A DNA stretch of 64,000 nucleotides from the NCBI GenBank assembly GCA_965261105.1, contig CBDHCM010000006.1, positions 1,970,091 through 2,034,090 of the forward strand. Reading direction: 5' to 3'. Positions within the stretch are counted from its first letter, which is position 1. The number at the start of each line of letters is the position of its first letter. Positions 12,890-22,308 of the stretch are shown here, in pieces. The notes below the pieces were generated by a model. That model was not told the origin of the DNA, searched no databases, and saw only the letters and a program-made list of their open reading frames with translations. A program made the position numbers and the translations under genes. The stretch comes from Candidatus Aldehydirespirator sp. GTDB taxonomy: Bacteria; Actinomycetota; Acidimicrobiia; Acidimicrobiales; Aldehydirespiratoraceae.

Positions 12890-14257
12890 TCAGCCCATTA
12901 TCGGCTCGTCGGGCACGCCGGCCTCGTAGCGTTCCCAGAAGGCGGGGGCGGCCTCGCGGCAGCGGGCCTTGACCTCCTGTTCGTCGACGGTCAGCAGCTC
13001 GCGGTCCCTCATGAGGACCTCTCCGGCGACGATGGTGGTGGTGATCATCGACTCGTTCATGGCGAAGATCAGATGACCGCCGATGTTGGCGGGCGTCATC
13101 GGGGTCGCCGGGTGGTAGTCGACCAGGATCAGGTCGGCGGCTGCGCCCTCGGCTACCGTGCCTACGGGCGTGTCGGGGAAGTACAGGGACGCGAGGGCGG
13201 CGTTGTTGTAGACCGCCATCTCGAGGAGCTGATCGGGCGACAACCGCCGCCCGTCGCGGTGCGCGATCTTCTGGAGGAAGTAGGCGGCTTCGGCCTCTCG
13301 CCACATGGTGGGCGCCAGTCCGTCGTTTCCCAGGCACACCCTGACGCCGGCCCGCATCTGCGACTCGACGGCTGCGATGCCGTCGCCCACGTTCATGTTG
13401 TTGCGGGGCTGGTGACTCGACGCGGTGCCCGTGTCGGCCAGGAGCATGATCTCTCTGGCGTCGAGATGGATGGCGTGGGCCATGATCGAGCGGTCGCCGA
13501 GCATGTCGTGGTTGAAGAGCCGATCCACCGAGCGGGTGCCGGACTCGGCGAGGCTCCTGTACTGGTCGTACTCGTGCTCGCCGACGTGGACGTGGAACCC
13601 GACCCCGGCGGGCACCGACTCCCGGCACGCCGCCAGCGTGTCATCGCAGACCGTCATCGGCGCGTGGATCCCGAAGTTGGCCGCGATGCGCGCGCCGCTG
13701 ATCGGGCCGCCGGAGCAGCGATCGACGAATCGGGCGTTCTCGGCGATGCCCGCGCCGGCTCGTTCGGGGCCGTCGCGGTCGGTGACCTCGAAACATAGAA
13801 CGGCCCGCAGGCCAGCGCTGGAGATCACCGACGCGATCAAATCGAGGACCCCGTCGATGCAGTTGGGCGAGGAGTGGTGATCGAAATAGGTCGTGGTGCC
13901 GTTCTTGATGGCGTCGACCGTCCCGACCTCGACCGCGAGGCGCACCTCTTCCTCCCCGAGCGCCCGGTCATAGGGCCACCAGAGCCGATCGAGGATCGTC
14001 GGCAGGGTGATCGGGGGGTGATGGGGAACGTTCATCCCCACCGCGAAGGCACTGTAGAAGTGGCCGTGGGCGCAGATGTTCCCAGGCAGGATGTACTGGC
14101 CGCCAGCATCGAGTCTCGCCGCGCCGCCGTGACGGTCCTCCAGCTCGGCGCTGGGCCCGATCGCGACGATCCCGCCGTCCTCGATGAGCAGCGCATGGTC
14201 GTCCATGATCTCGTTCGGCCGTCCCCAGGTGACGACAGTGCCGTTGGTGATCAGCAC
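12890..14257 (-). CDS. Metal-dependent amidohydrolase (SsnA/AtzA-like)
   Basis: PGNICAHGHFY, GTTTYFDHHSSP, HVHVGE, MAHAIH, LGNDG, GAAADL. Confidence 0.85.
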   Translation of the reverse strand: MLITNGTVVTWGRPNEIMDDHALLIEDGGIVAIGPSAELEDRHGGAARLDAGGQYILPGNICAHGHFYSAFAVGMNVPHHPPITLPTILDRLWWPYDRALGEEEVRLAVEVGTVDAIKNGTTTYFDHHSSPNCIDGVLDLIASVISSAGLRAVLCFEVTDRDGPERAGAGIAENARFVDRCSGGPISGARIAANFGIHAPMTVCDDTLAACRESVPAGVGFHVHVGEHEYDQYRSLAESGTRSVDRLFNHDMLGDRSIMAHAIHLDAREIMLLADTGTASSHQPRNNMNVGDGIAAVESQMRAGVRVCLGNDGLAPTMWREAEAAYFLQKIAHRDGRRLSPDQLLEMAVYNNAALASLYFPDTPVGTVAEGAAADLILVDYHPATPMTPANIGGHLIFAMNESMITTTIVAGEVLMRDRELLTVDEQEVKARCREAAPAFWERYEAGVPDEPIMG

Positions 14258-14305
14258 CGGGGGCCCCCTCGGCCCCGGCGCGGGGCGTGCCCGCCCGCGA
14301 CCGGG

Positions 14306-15325
14306 CTAGAACCCGTCGGCGAAGGCATCTATCACCTCTCGGATGTTGCCCTTCAGCGGGTACATGATCGGGCACGTCACCCCCGCGTCGACGTACTGGC
14401 GGACCTTGCGGCGGCAGTCCTCGGCAGTGCCGACGGCCATGATGTCGCGCACGATCTCGTCGGGAATGACCGCGCTGGCCCGCTCGTAGTCCTCCTCGGT
14501 GGCCGGCCACCCCATCAGGGCCTTCGCCCGGTCGGCGACCTCCTCGCTGACGCCGCTGGCCTTCATGATGTGGGGCTCCGTGGCGAAGTAGTAGGCCGCC
14601 AGCTTCTTGCCCTCGTGCAGCGCGCTGTCGGGATCCTCGTCGCACATCGACACGACGATCAGCTCCGGGAGATCGATGTCGGAGATGGACCGCCCCGCCC
14701 TGTGGGCGCCCTTCTCCACCAGGGTGACGGCCCGGCGGACGTAGTCGACCGAGACGCCGTAGTTCAAGCAGACCCCGTCGCAGATCTCCCCGGCCAGCTC
14801 TAGCATCCTCGGGCCGGTCGCACCGAGGTAGATGGGTATGTCGCGCGGGGAGGTGTCTCCCCACACCACGTCGAGGGACACGCCGTCGAGGCGCACGAAG
14901 TCGCCGGTGTAGGTCACCGGCTCCATGGAGAACAGGGCCCTGATCGCCTCGATGTTCTCACGCATGGCCGCGAGCGGGCGGGTCATCTCCACGCCGACGC
15001 GGCCCGCGATCGGCTCCCACCAGGCGCCGAGACCGAGCATCACGCGGCCCCGACCGTCGACCTTGCCGCCGAGTTCCCACATGGTGCTGAAGCTCGCCGC
15101 GATCACCACCGGGTTGCGGGTCCAGATGGGCAGGACCCCGGCGGCGACCTTGATGCGGCGCGTGTGCGTCAAGAATGCGCTCATGGCGACGATGCAGTCC
15201 CGCGCCAGACGGTTGTCGCCCTGCCAGATCTCGCTGAAGGCCCGGTCCTCCATGTACAACGCGAGATCGAGCTCCTCTCGGATGTCGATCCTGTCCTGCA
15301 TGTAGATGGCCATGCGCTGCGTCAC
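14306..15325 (-). CDS. LLM class flavin/F420-dependent oxidoreductase
   Basis: [41 protein letters not shown]. Confidence 0.88.
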   Translation of the reverse strand: MTQRMAIYMQDRIDIREELDLALYMEDRAFSEIWQGDNRLARDCIVAMSAFLTHTRRIKVAAGVLPIWTRNPVVIAASFSTMWELGGKVDGRGRVMLGLGAWWEPIAGRVGVEMTRPLAAMRENIEAIRALFSMEPVTYTGDFVRLDGVSLDVVWGDTSPRDIPIYLGATGPRMLELAGEICDGVCLNYGVSVDYVRRAVTLVEKGAHRAGRSISDIDLPELIVVSMCDEDPDSALHEGKKLAAYYFATEPHIMKASGVSEEVADRAKALMGWPATEEDYERASAVIPDEIVRDIMAVGTAEDCRRKVRQYVDAGVTCPIMYPLKGNIREVIDAFADGF

Positions 15326-15379
15326 TACAAGACCCTCCGTTGCCGGGGCTCGGTCGGTGTGTCCCTGCGGGCGGCCGTG

Positions 15380-16405
15380 TCAGCTGCCGAAGTCGAAGGC
15401 ATCGATGCCCGAGAGCAGTTCGGCCCGAAGCGGGTCCGGGCAGAAGCTCGCCTCGACGGAGGTCCGTGCAAGCTGGCGGATGACGTCGGTGGACCAGCCG
15501 TAGACCTCGCTCGCAGTAACGTACTCGTCTTCGAGGTTGATCCGGTAGAAGCCCGGCCCGTCGGTGTTGAGGGTGACCCGTGCTCCCGCGTCGACGAGGG
15601 TCCGGATCGGATGGGACGCCCGGTCCGGATACATGCCGAGCAGCACGTTGGACCACGGGCAGACGTTGAGGAAGATGCCGCGCTCGACGAGCTCCTCGAC
15701 CAGTTCGGGGTCTTCCACCGATCTCACGCCGTGGTCGACCCGCTGGGTCTTGAGGAGGTCGATCGCGTCCCACACGCCTTCAGGGCCGCTCGACTCGCCG
15801 GCGTGGGCCCGTATTCCGAGTCCGTTGGCCCGGGCCCGCTTGAAGACGGGGGCGAAACGGTCACCGGTGCGTCCCGCCAGAGCTTCGTTCCCGTCGATCG
15901 ACAGGGCCGCCACTCTCGGATGCTGCATGGCCAGCATGGTGTCGAGCACGGCATGGGCTTCGGCCCGGCTGTGCTTGCGGGAGATGCTGATCGACAGGTA
16001 CACGGGCGGGCAGCCGTCGCGCTCCGCCTCCTCGAGCCCCGACGCGACCGCGGCGATGAACTCCTCGAGCGGGCCCGTGAAGCTCTTCCAGTGGATGGGG
16101 CTCACCATCACGTCGGTGTAGGAGACCCCCGAGCGGCGCTGGCGCTGGGCGAGCGAGTACGACAGCGACGCGACCTGCTCGCCGTTGCACGGCAGGGCGA
16201 GGACCCAGTCGAGGAAGGTCAGGAACTCCTGGAGGTCGGCCCACTCGAACATGGCCTCGGGCGGCTCCTTGAGCAACGGAACACCGTTCTCGGTTGCCAG
16301 CCTGACCGCGTCCTGCACCTCGAAACCGCTGTCGAGGTGGATGTGCAACTCCGCTTTGGGAAGTCTGCGGACAGTGTCTGCGGTGACAGCGCCCATCGTG
16401 TCCAC
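15380..16405 (-). CDS. Adenosine deaminase family protein (second, divergent paralog)
   Basis: LPKAELHIHLD, AHAGE, RVDHGVR, CPWSN, NTDG. Confidence 0.85.
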   Translation of the reverse strand: MDTMGAVTADTVRRLPKAELHIHLDSGFEVQDAVRLATENGVPLLKEPPEAMFEWADLQEFLTFLDWVLALPCNGEQVASLSYSLAQRQRRSGVSYTDVMVSPIHWKSFTGPLEEFIAAVASGLEEAERDGCPPVYLSISISRKHSRAEAHAVLDTMLAMQHPRVAALSIDGNEALAGRTGDRFAPVFKRARANGLGIRAHAGESSGPEGVWDAIDLLKTQRVDHGVRSVEDPELVEELVERGIFLNVCPWSNVLLGMYPDRASHPIRTLVDAGARVTLNTDGPGFYRINLEDEYVTASEVYGWSTDVIRQLARTSVEASFCPDPLRAELLSGIDAFDFGS

Positions 16406-16503
16406 CCTTCACGCCAGCTCTGGCATCGTGTCGAGCGACTCGACACTGTTGCCGGCACCTCGCCGCCGGAACCGAGTCGCAAACGTCGACGCTAGCTGAT
16501 GAG

Positions 16504-16530
16504 GCCGCCCCCGTTCGAGCACGGGGCGGC
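16504..16530. terminator. GC-rich hairpin, possible terminator after esterase copy 2
   Basis: GCCGCCCC...GGGGCGGC 8-bp stem; no U-tract. Confidence 0.4.
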
Positions 16531-16648
16531 TCTCGAAGGCTCGGGCCTGTTGCAGAAGGCGCTCCCCCACATCGGTCACACGACCGACGGCAAGTTCTGA
16601 ACCACGTTGATCAGGCTGGCGAGCGGGCTACACCGTCAGCCAGCTGAT

Positions 16649-17608
16649 TCAGCCGTTCAACGCCCGGTCGAGCGCGGCCTTCTCGTCGCGGCGCCAGCGC
16701 CGGGAGGTGTCGGATTCAGGGACCAGGGTGGACGAGCCGTGGAACGCGCCCGGGTACACGTGCAGCTCGCACGGCACCTCGGCGGCGAGCAGCGCCTGGG
16801 CGTAGGCGATGTCCTCGTCGAGGAATATGTCGAGGCTGCCGACGGTGATGATGGCCGGCGGAAGCCCGCCGAGATCGGTCGCCCGGGCCGGAGCGGCGTA
16901 GCACGGGACGTCGTCGGCGCCGTTGTTGGCGTCGAGGTAGGCGGACCAGCCCGCCATGTTGGCGTCGCGGTTCCATACCCGGTTGTCGTCGATCATGAAG
17001 CTGGAGGGCGTCTCGTTTCGGTCGTCGAGCATCGGGAACGTCAGCAGCTGGAAGCAGGGGCTGACCTGTTTGCGATCGCGGGCCAGCAGGGCGAGCCCCG
17101 CGGCGAGGCAGCCGCCCGCGCTGGCACCGCCGACGGCTATGCGGGCGGTGTCCAGGCCGAACGCCTCGCCTTGTTCGAAGAACCACACGAGGCCGCAGTA
17201 GCAGTCCTCCAGCGGGGTCGGATACGGGAACTCGGGCGCCAGGCGATAGTCGACGGACGCAACCACCACGTCGAGGTCGGAGGCGATCGCCGCGCAGCCG
17301 GCGTCGTTCATGTCGACGCTGCCCAGCACCATGCCGCCGCCGTGGATCCAGTACAGGCCGGGACTGCGGTCGCGCCGCTGCTTGGGCCGGTAGACGCGCA
17401 CGAGCACCTGATGGCCGTCGGCGGCCTCGGCGTGATGGTCGGCGATCTCGACCGTGTCAGGAATCTCGGGCACGGGCAGGAGAGCCATGAGCTCGTCGAA
17501 GCTTGCCCGCGCCGCGGGCACGTCGGAGAGGTCGAGCAGATCGCCGGGCAGCATCTCCAGCACCGCGAGGTGCTCGGCATCGAGGTGATCCTCAAGGTTG
17601 ATACTCAT
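16649..17608 (-). CDS. HSL-family esterase, copy 2
   Basis: Near-identical to 11572..12543; same motifs. Confidence 0.92.
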   Translation of the reverse strand: MSINLEDHLDAEHLAVLEMLPGDLLDLSDVPAARASFDELMALLPVPEIPDTVEIADHHAEAADGHQVLVRVYRPKQRRDRSPGLYWIHGGGMVLGSVDMNDAGCAAIASDLDVVVASVDYRLAPEFPYPTPLEDCYCGLVWFFEQGEAFGLDTARIAVGGASAGGCLAAGLALLARDRKQVSPCFQLLTFPMLDDRNETPSSFMIDDNRVWNRDANMAGWSAYLDANNGADDVPCYAAPARATDLGGLPPAIITVGSLDIFLDEDIAYAQALLAAEVPCELHVYPGAFHGSSTLVPESDTSRRWRRDEKAALDRALNG

Positions 17609-17620
17609 GTCCCTACCTTG

Positions 17621-18190
17621 TTACAGGATGATGGTCAGGTTCTGTTGGGGTCCCTCGGCGTCGATCAGCACGATGATCTTCCATGCGATCTGCCAGTTGC
17701 CGGGGCCTGTTGGGGTTGTGGGTTGGCGGACTAGCCGGTAGTCGATGGTTCCGGTCCAGCGTCGATGCTGATCGGGCCGATACTCGTCGCAGATGAGGGC
17801 GCATCGCGAGCGGCAGGTTTCGTCGTCGATGGGCCAGACCTCGACGCCGGCAAGGCTCCTCTGCGTCCGCGATGGCGGGCTCTGACCGTGCACCTTGCCG
17901 GTGCCCAGCCAGGCGACCCGGTCCTCGATCCGCCGGCGATCGTCGAACGCGAGGGACCAGGTGGTCGCCGGGTCGTCGAAGCGGCTCAGGGGGATCCAGT
18001 AGACGGCCTCATCGGTGAGGAGGTCGAGCCATTCGCGGTAGCGGCCGTCGTCAAGCAGGCGCGCTTCATGGAGGATCAGCCCTTCGACTTCGGTGCGGAG
18101 GCTGCTGAAATCTGATCGACCCAGCCTGGTCGAATCAGCCGCGAACGCCCGGAGGCGCTCATAGAGCCCGTCGTCGACGTACGAGCTCAC
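17621..18190 (-). CDS. Aromatic ring-hydroxylating dioxygenase beta subunit
   Basis: EARLLDD..YREWLDLL...YWIP, QSPPSRT; GTG start overlaps the alpha-subunit stop. Confidence 0.88.
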   Translation of the reverse strand: MSSYVDDGLYERLRAFAADSTRLGRSDFSSLRTEVEGLILHEARLLDDGRYREWLDLLTDEAVYWIPLSRFDDPATTWSLAFDDRRRIEDRVAWLGTGKVHGQSPPSRTQRSLAGVEVWPIDDETCRSRCALICDEYRPDQHRRWTGTIDYRLVRQPTTPTGPGNWQIAWKIIVLIDAEGPQQNLTIIL

Positions 18191-19557
18191 GGCGTTTCGC
18201 CGCCCCGGTGCTGCATGAGTCTCAGCCACTCGCGCTGGTACGCCCGCATCGGAGCCTCGCTGGTCACGCCGTAGCGGGCGCCCTCCTCACCGTCACTGCC
18301 CCGGCCGGTGTGGAGCCACTCGACCTCGGGCACGAGCTCGAGCCCGCGCTGGGCCCGTTCCCAGTTCTCGATGTCGTCCGGATCGCCGAAGTTGGGGAAG
18401 TCCTCACCGATGCGGAGACGCAACGGGAGCGACTCCGGTTCGGCCCCGGCCAGGCTCGTGACGTGCCAGAGGATCTCGGTCCGGTTGACCGCTCGAGGTT
18501 GCACCACCCCGATCGAGTTGTCGACCAGCGAGAGGTTCGGGAAGACGAAGACGTTCATCCCCGCGACCGTCGTTCGCTCGAGGATCTCCGCAGTGGCCTC
18601 GGGCCCGTACTGGTGCTCGACGGCGTCAACGGTCGCCTCGGTTCCGGGCGCCGGCCTGGTCGCGTCCCATACGCGCTCCCCCATCCCGGGCCGTTGGTCC
18701 AGGTACTGATGACCGCCTCCGAGGGCCCTCGAGTACATCGGGGTCTCGTCGGGGTTTCGCTTGAACTGCGAGATGAACAGCCCGTCACGGTGCCGGGCGC
18801 TCATCTCGACGAAGGAGCGGTGGGTGGCGAACGGATGGAGCCCGTCGGCTGCGCCGTCGAGGTAGAGCTTCCAGTTCGCCCGGGCCGCCACCCGTCTCAC
18901 ACCGTGGCGAACGACGAGCTCACCATCGGGGGCGTGGTCGACCCACTCGTCGATCAGGGCGGCCGCGGCACCGAGATGCTCAGCCAGCGGTGGCGCCTCT
19001 GCGGATAGGACGCCGAAGACGAACCCTCGGTATGACTCGACCCGATCCAGGCGGTGCAGTCCCCATTCGCTGAGGTCGAACGAGTCGCCGACGCCCGACG
19101 GGAACGGAACGTTGAGCAGCTCGCCTGAGCTCGAATAGGTCCAGCCGTGGTAGCTGCAGACGAACCGGGACGCGTTGCCGCGGGCCTCGTTGCAGACCGT
19201 CACACCGCGGTGCGAGCAGCGGTTGAAGAAGGCTCGGGCCGTGCCTTCGCCGTCGCGGCTCAGGATGACGGGCCGGGTGCCGAGATTTGTGAGCTTGAAG
19301 TCGTGCGGCTCGGGTATCTCGCTCTCGTGGCCGAGATAGACCCACGTGCGGCCGAAGATGCGCTCCATCTCGTCGGCGAACACCGCTGGCTCGGTGTACA
19401 GCTTGCGATGCACCCGGTCGTTGCGGACGAGCGATCCGTACTCCGGCTCGGCGCGGGATGGTCCAAGAGTTGACAGGTCACGCAGATTGATGTTGTTGCG
19501 GACGAGCGACCCGTACTCCGGCTCGGCGTCCGGCGGCTCAACGGTTCTCGATGTCAC
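18187..19557 (-). CDS. Rieske ring-hydroxylating oxygenase alpha subunit
   Basis: NRCSHRG...CSYHGW Rieske motif, ANWK...DGLHPFATH, VFPN, DDIE. Confidence 0.92.
   Translation of the reverse strand: MTSRTVEPPDAEPEYGSLVRNNINLRDLSTLGPSRAEPEYGSLVRNDRVHRKLYTEPAVFADEMERIFGRTWVYLGHESEIPEPHDFKLTNLGTRPVILSRDGEGTARAFFNRCSHRGVTVCNEARGNASRFVCSYHGWTYSSSGELLNVPFPSGVGDSFDLSEWGLHRLDRVESYRGFVFGVLSAEAPPLAEHLGAAAALIDEWVDHAPDGELVVRHGVRRVAARANWKLYLDGAADGLHPFATHRSFVEMSARHRDGLFISQFKRNPDETPMYSRALGGGHQYLDQRPGMGERVWDATRPAPGTEATVDAVEHQYGPEATAEILERTTVAGMNVFVFPNLSLVDNSIGVVQPRAVNRTEILWHVTSLAGAEPESLPLRLRIGEDFPNFGDPDDIENWERAQRGLELVPEVEWLHTGRGSDGEEGARYGVTSEAPMRAYQREWLRLMQHRGGETP
19420..19528. repeat. 34-bp direct repeat (1 mismatch) at 19420-19453 and 19495-19528, 41-bp spacer
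   Basis: GTTGCGGACGAGCGAYCCGTACTCCGGCTCGGCG twice; gives duplicated AEPEYGSLVRN in the protein. Confidence 0.9.
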
Positions 19558-19681
19558 AGCTCCCCCCTGGCTTCCCACCGGCAGCTGCGCGGCGGCGGCT
19601 TAGACACCGAATCTACGCCAGCTTAGGATGAACTTTGGGCTCGTGGGCTGAGTGGCAGGCCGCAGTCTCAGGGAGAAAGAT

Positions 19682-20647
19682 ATGAGATTCAAGAGCTGGC
19701 CTTGGCTCGCTGTTGCTCTCGCGGGTGCGATGCTGTCGCTTGCCGCGTGCAGTGGCGACGATTCGAGCGACTCTGGCGGGGGCACTCTCGCCTTCAGCCA
19801 ACCGTTCACCAACAGCCCGACCCGCACGGCCATCGTCGGCTTCTCCGCCGATCGAGCCGAGGAGCTCGGCTACGAGCTGCTGCTGGACGAGGCCAATGTG
19901 GACGGGGCGCGCCAGGCGGCAGCCATCGAGACGTGGATCGTCTCCGAGGTCGACGCCATCTCCGTGTTCACGGTCCCCGGTGGCGACACAACCTCGCTGG
20001 CGGCGGAGGCCCTCGACAAGGGGATCCATTGGATCAACTACGGAGCGCCGAGCGATCCGCAGACTTCGTCGGTGACATTCCAGAACGCCGACGGTGCCCG
20101 GAGACTGGCCGAGGCCGCGGCCGAATGGATCAACGAGCGGGGCACGGCCAAGGTCGCGATCCTGACCTTCGACCCGTCGCCGCTCGCAGTCGAGCGGTCT
20201 GATCTCTACAAGTCGATCCTGGCCGAGATGGCGCCGGGCGCGGAGATCGTTGCAGAGCAGGACGGTGGCGTGTCCATCGAGGGAGGGCTGACGGCCACCG
20301 AGACGATCCTGCAACAACACCCCGACTTGAACGTGGTGTTGGGCATCCTCGACGATCAGACGATCGGCGCCCACCAGGCGTTCATGAACGCGGGGACGCC
20401 GGCCGACTCGCCCGATGTGTTCCTCGGCGGCATGGACTCGCCCGAGCAGGCCCTTGCGCTTGTGAAGGAGTGCGGGATGTACCGCGCCACAGCCGCGCTC
20501 GACTTGGCGGCTCTGGGCCATGCCGTCGTCGATGCGATGGTTGCTGCCATCGACGGTTCGCCCGCGGACGCGTCGCTCCCGTACGAGATCGTGCGTTGCG
20601 GCGACGACGACGCCCTGGATCGCCTGCTCGGCCAGTACGCGAGCTGA
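19682..20647 (+). CDS. Sugar ABC transporter substrate-binding lipoprotein (RbsB-like)
   Basis: LAAC lipobox; periplasmic-binding motifs (QHPDLNVVLG, GAHQA, GMD). Confidence 0.85.
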   Translation: MRFKSWPWLAVALAGAMLSLAACSGDDSSDSGGGTLAFSQPFTNSPTRTAIVGFSADRAEELGYELLLDEANVDGARQAAAIETWIVSEVDAISVFTVPGGDTTSLAAEALDKGIHWINYGAPSDPQTSSVTFQNADGARRLAEAAAEWINERGTAKVAILTFDPSPLAVERSDLYKSILAEMAPGAEIVAEQDGGVSIEGGLTATETILQQHPDLNVVLGILDDQTIGAHQAFMNAGTPADSPDVFLGGMDSPEQALALVKECGMYRATAALDLAALGHAVVDAMVAAIDGSPADASLPYEIVRCGDDDALDRLLGQYAS

Positions 20648-20648
20648 C

Positions 20649-20813
20649 CAGGCTCCAACCCGTGTCGACGGCCGGCCGGCGCGTCGGCCAACACAGGCTC
20701 CAACCCGTGTCGACGGCCAGCCAGCACGCGGGCCAACACAGGCTCCAACCCGTGTCGACGGCCGGCCAGCACGCGGGCCGTGACGGGCTCTGACCGATGT
20801 CGACGGCCAGCGA
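20649..20813 (+). repeat. 45-bp tandem repeat, 3 copies plus a degenerate 4th containing the next start codon
   Basis: CAGGCTCCAACCCGTGTCGACGGCC... at 20649, 20694 and 20739; degenerate copy at 20784. Confidence 0.9.
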
Positions 20814-22308
20814 GGTGCGGGTCGATGACTTGGCGGTGTCGTATGGACGGCGTCAGGTGCTGCGCGGCGCCTCCCTCACGGTCCGCCCAGGGGAGATCCA
20901 CGCTCTGTTGGGCGCCAACGGTGCCGGGAAGAGCACGCTGATCAAGTGCCTGGGCGGCGGGGTGCGGTGGGAGGCGGGCACCATCACCCTTGACGGGGTC
21001 CCGTACCAGCAGTTGACGCCGCGGCAATCCCAGGCACTGGGCGTTTCGATCATCTTTCAGGACCTCAAGCTGATCGGGCTGCGGTCGATCGCGGAGAATC
21101 TCGTGCTCGGCCGGGAGCCCCGGTCGGGTCCGCTGCTGCGGGTGCGCGAGCAGCGCCGGATCGCTCGGGCCGCGCTGGAGGAGCTCGAACTCGACGTCGA
21201 CATCGACTTGCCCGTGCAGGCGCTGCCCCCCGCGCTCCAACAGCTCGTGGCCATCGCCCGGGCCATCGCGACCGAGCCCCGCATCCTGGTCCTCGACGAA
21301 GCGACCGCGGCCCTCGACGACCCCGACGTGGAGCGCCTCGGGCGGCTGCTGCGGCGCCTCCAGGCCAAGGGGATCCCGATCCTGTTCGTCACACACCTGC
21401 TTGACGAGGTGCTGGCCCTCGCCGACACGGTCACTGTGCTGCGCGACGGTCAAGTCTCGCTTCAGGGGCCGGTTGCAGAACAGAGCGGCGACGCGGTGAT
21501 CCGGGCGATCGTGGGGCGGTCGCTCGAGTCCCAACCGAAACGGGCCCAGGCGCCCAGTGTTGATCGAGGCGGCCTCGAGGTCGAGTCGCTGCGCACCGAC
21601 AATGTCGCATCGATCTCGTTCTCGGTTCGACCAGGTGAGATCGTCGGCCTGTTCGGTCTGCTGGGTTGCGGCCGGTCCGACGTGGCGCTCGCGGTTGCCG
21701 GCGCCAAACCGTCCACCAGCCGGATGACCTTGGACGGCGCGCCCCACGCGCCGAGGTCGGTGGCGTCGGCCATCCGGTCCGGGGTGGCTTTCATCCCTCC
21801 CGACAGGGCGAAGCAGGCGATCTTCCCGATTCTGAGCGCCGAGGACAATGTGGTTCTGCCGATCATGCGTCGACTGGCCGAGTGGGGGCTGCGCCGGCGC
21901 CGGCGCGAGCGTCGGCACTTCATTGAGGCGGCGGAGACGTTGGGCATCTCTCCTGCGGACCCGGCGGCGCCGGCGTGGACGTTCTCGGGCGGCAACCAGC
22001 AGAAGCTCGTGGTCGGTCGGTGGTTGAGCGGGGGCGGTCAGATCCGTCTGCTCGTCTTGGACGAGCCGACCGCGGGCGTCGATGTGGGCGCGCGTGCCGA
22101 TGTGTACCGGTCGCTGAGGGCGCTGGCCGCTCGGGGGCTGGCAGTCCTCATCAGCTCCTCAGAACCGGAGGAGATGCGCTCCATCGCCGATCGCGTCGTC
22201 GTGTTGCACAAGGGCGAGGCAGTCGGCGAGCTCATCGCCGGCGCCATCAACGACCATGCTCTGCTCACCCTTGCGCACCACAGCATCTCTGGGGGGCGTG
22301 TTGCGTAG
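20797..22308 (+). CDS. Sugar ABC transporter ATP-binding protein (RbsA-like, two NBDs)
   Basis: GANGAGKS, LVLDEAT, FSGGNQQK, LDEPTAGVDVGA. Confidence 0.92.
   Translation: MSTASEVRVDDLAVSYGRRQVLRGASLTVRPGEIHALLGANGAGKSTLIKCLGGGVRWEAGTITLDGVPYQQLTPRQSQALGVSIIFQDLKLIGLRSIAENLVLGREPRSGPLLRVREQRRIARAALEELELDVDIDLPVQALPPALQQLVAIARAIATEPRILVLDEATAALDDPDVERLGRLLRRLQAKGIPILFVTHLLDEVLALADTVTVLRDGQVSLQGPVAEQSGDAVIRAIVGRSLESQPKRAQAPSVDRGGLEVESLRTDNVASISFSVRPGEIVGLFGLLGCGRSDVALAVAGAKPSTSRMTLDGAPHAPRSVASAIRSGVAFIPPDRAKQAIFPILSAEDNVVLPIMRRLAEWGLRRRRRERRHFIEAAETLGISPADPAAPAWTFSGGNQQKLVVGRWLSGGGQIRLLVLDEPTAGVDVGARADVYRSLRALAARGLAVLISSSEPEEMRSIADRVVVLHKGEAVGELIAGAINDHALLTLAHHSISGGRVA

Noticed and set aside
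12625-12972. 115-aa ORF
   Set aside because: No motif I can assign; overlaps the amidohydrolase end; probably a remnant or spurious
19420-19528. Mini-CRISPR
   Set aside because: Only two repeats, and the repeat is coding sequence of the host gene; kept as an insertion scar
20649-20813. CRISPR array
   Set aside because: The would-be spacers are near-identical; this is a simple 45-bp tandem repeat
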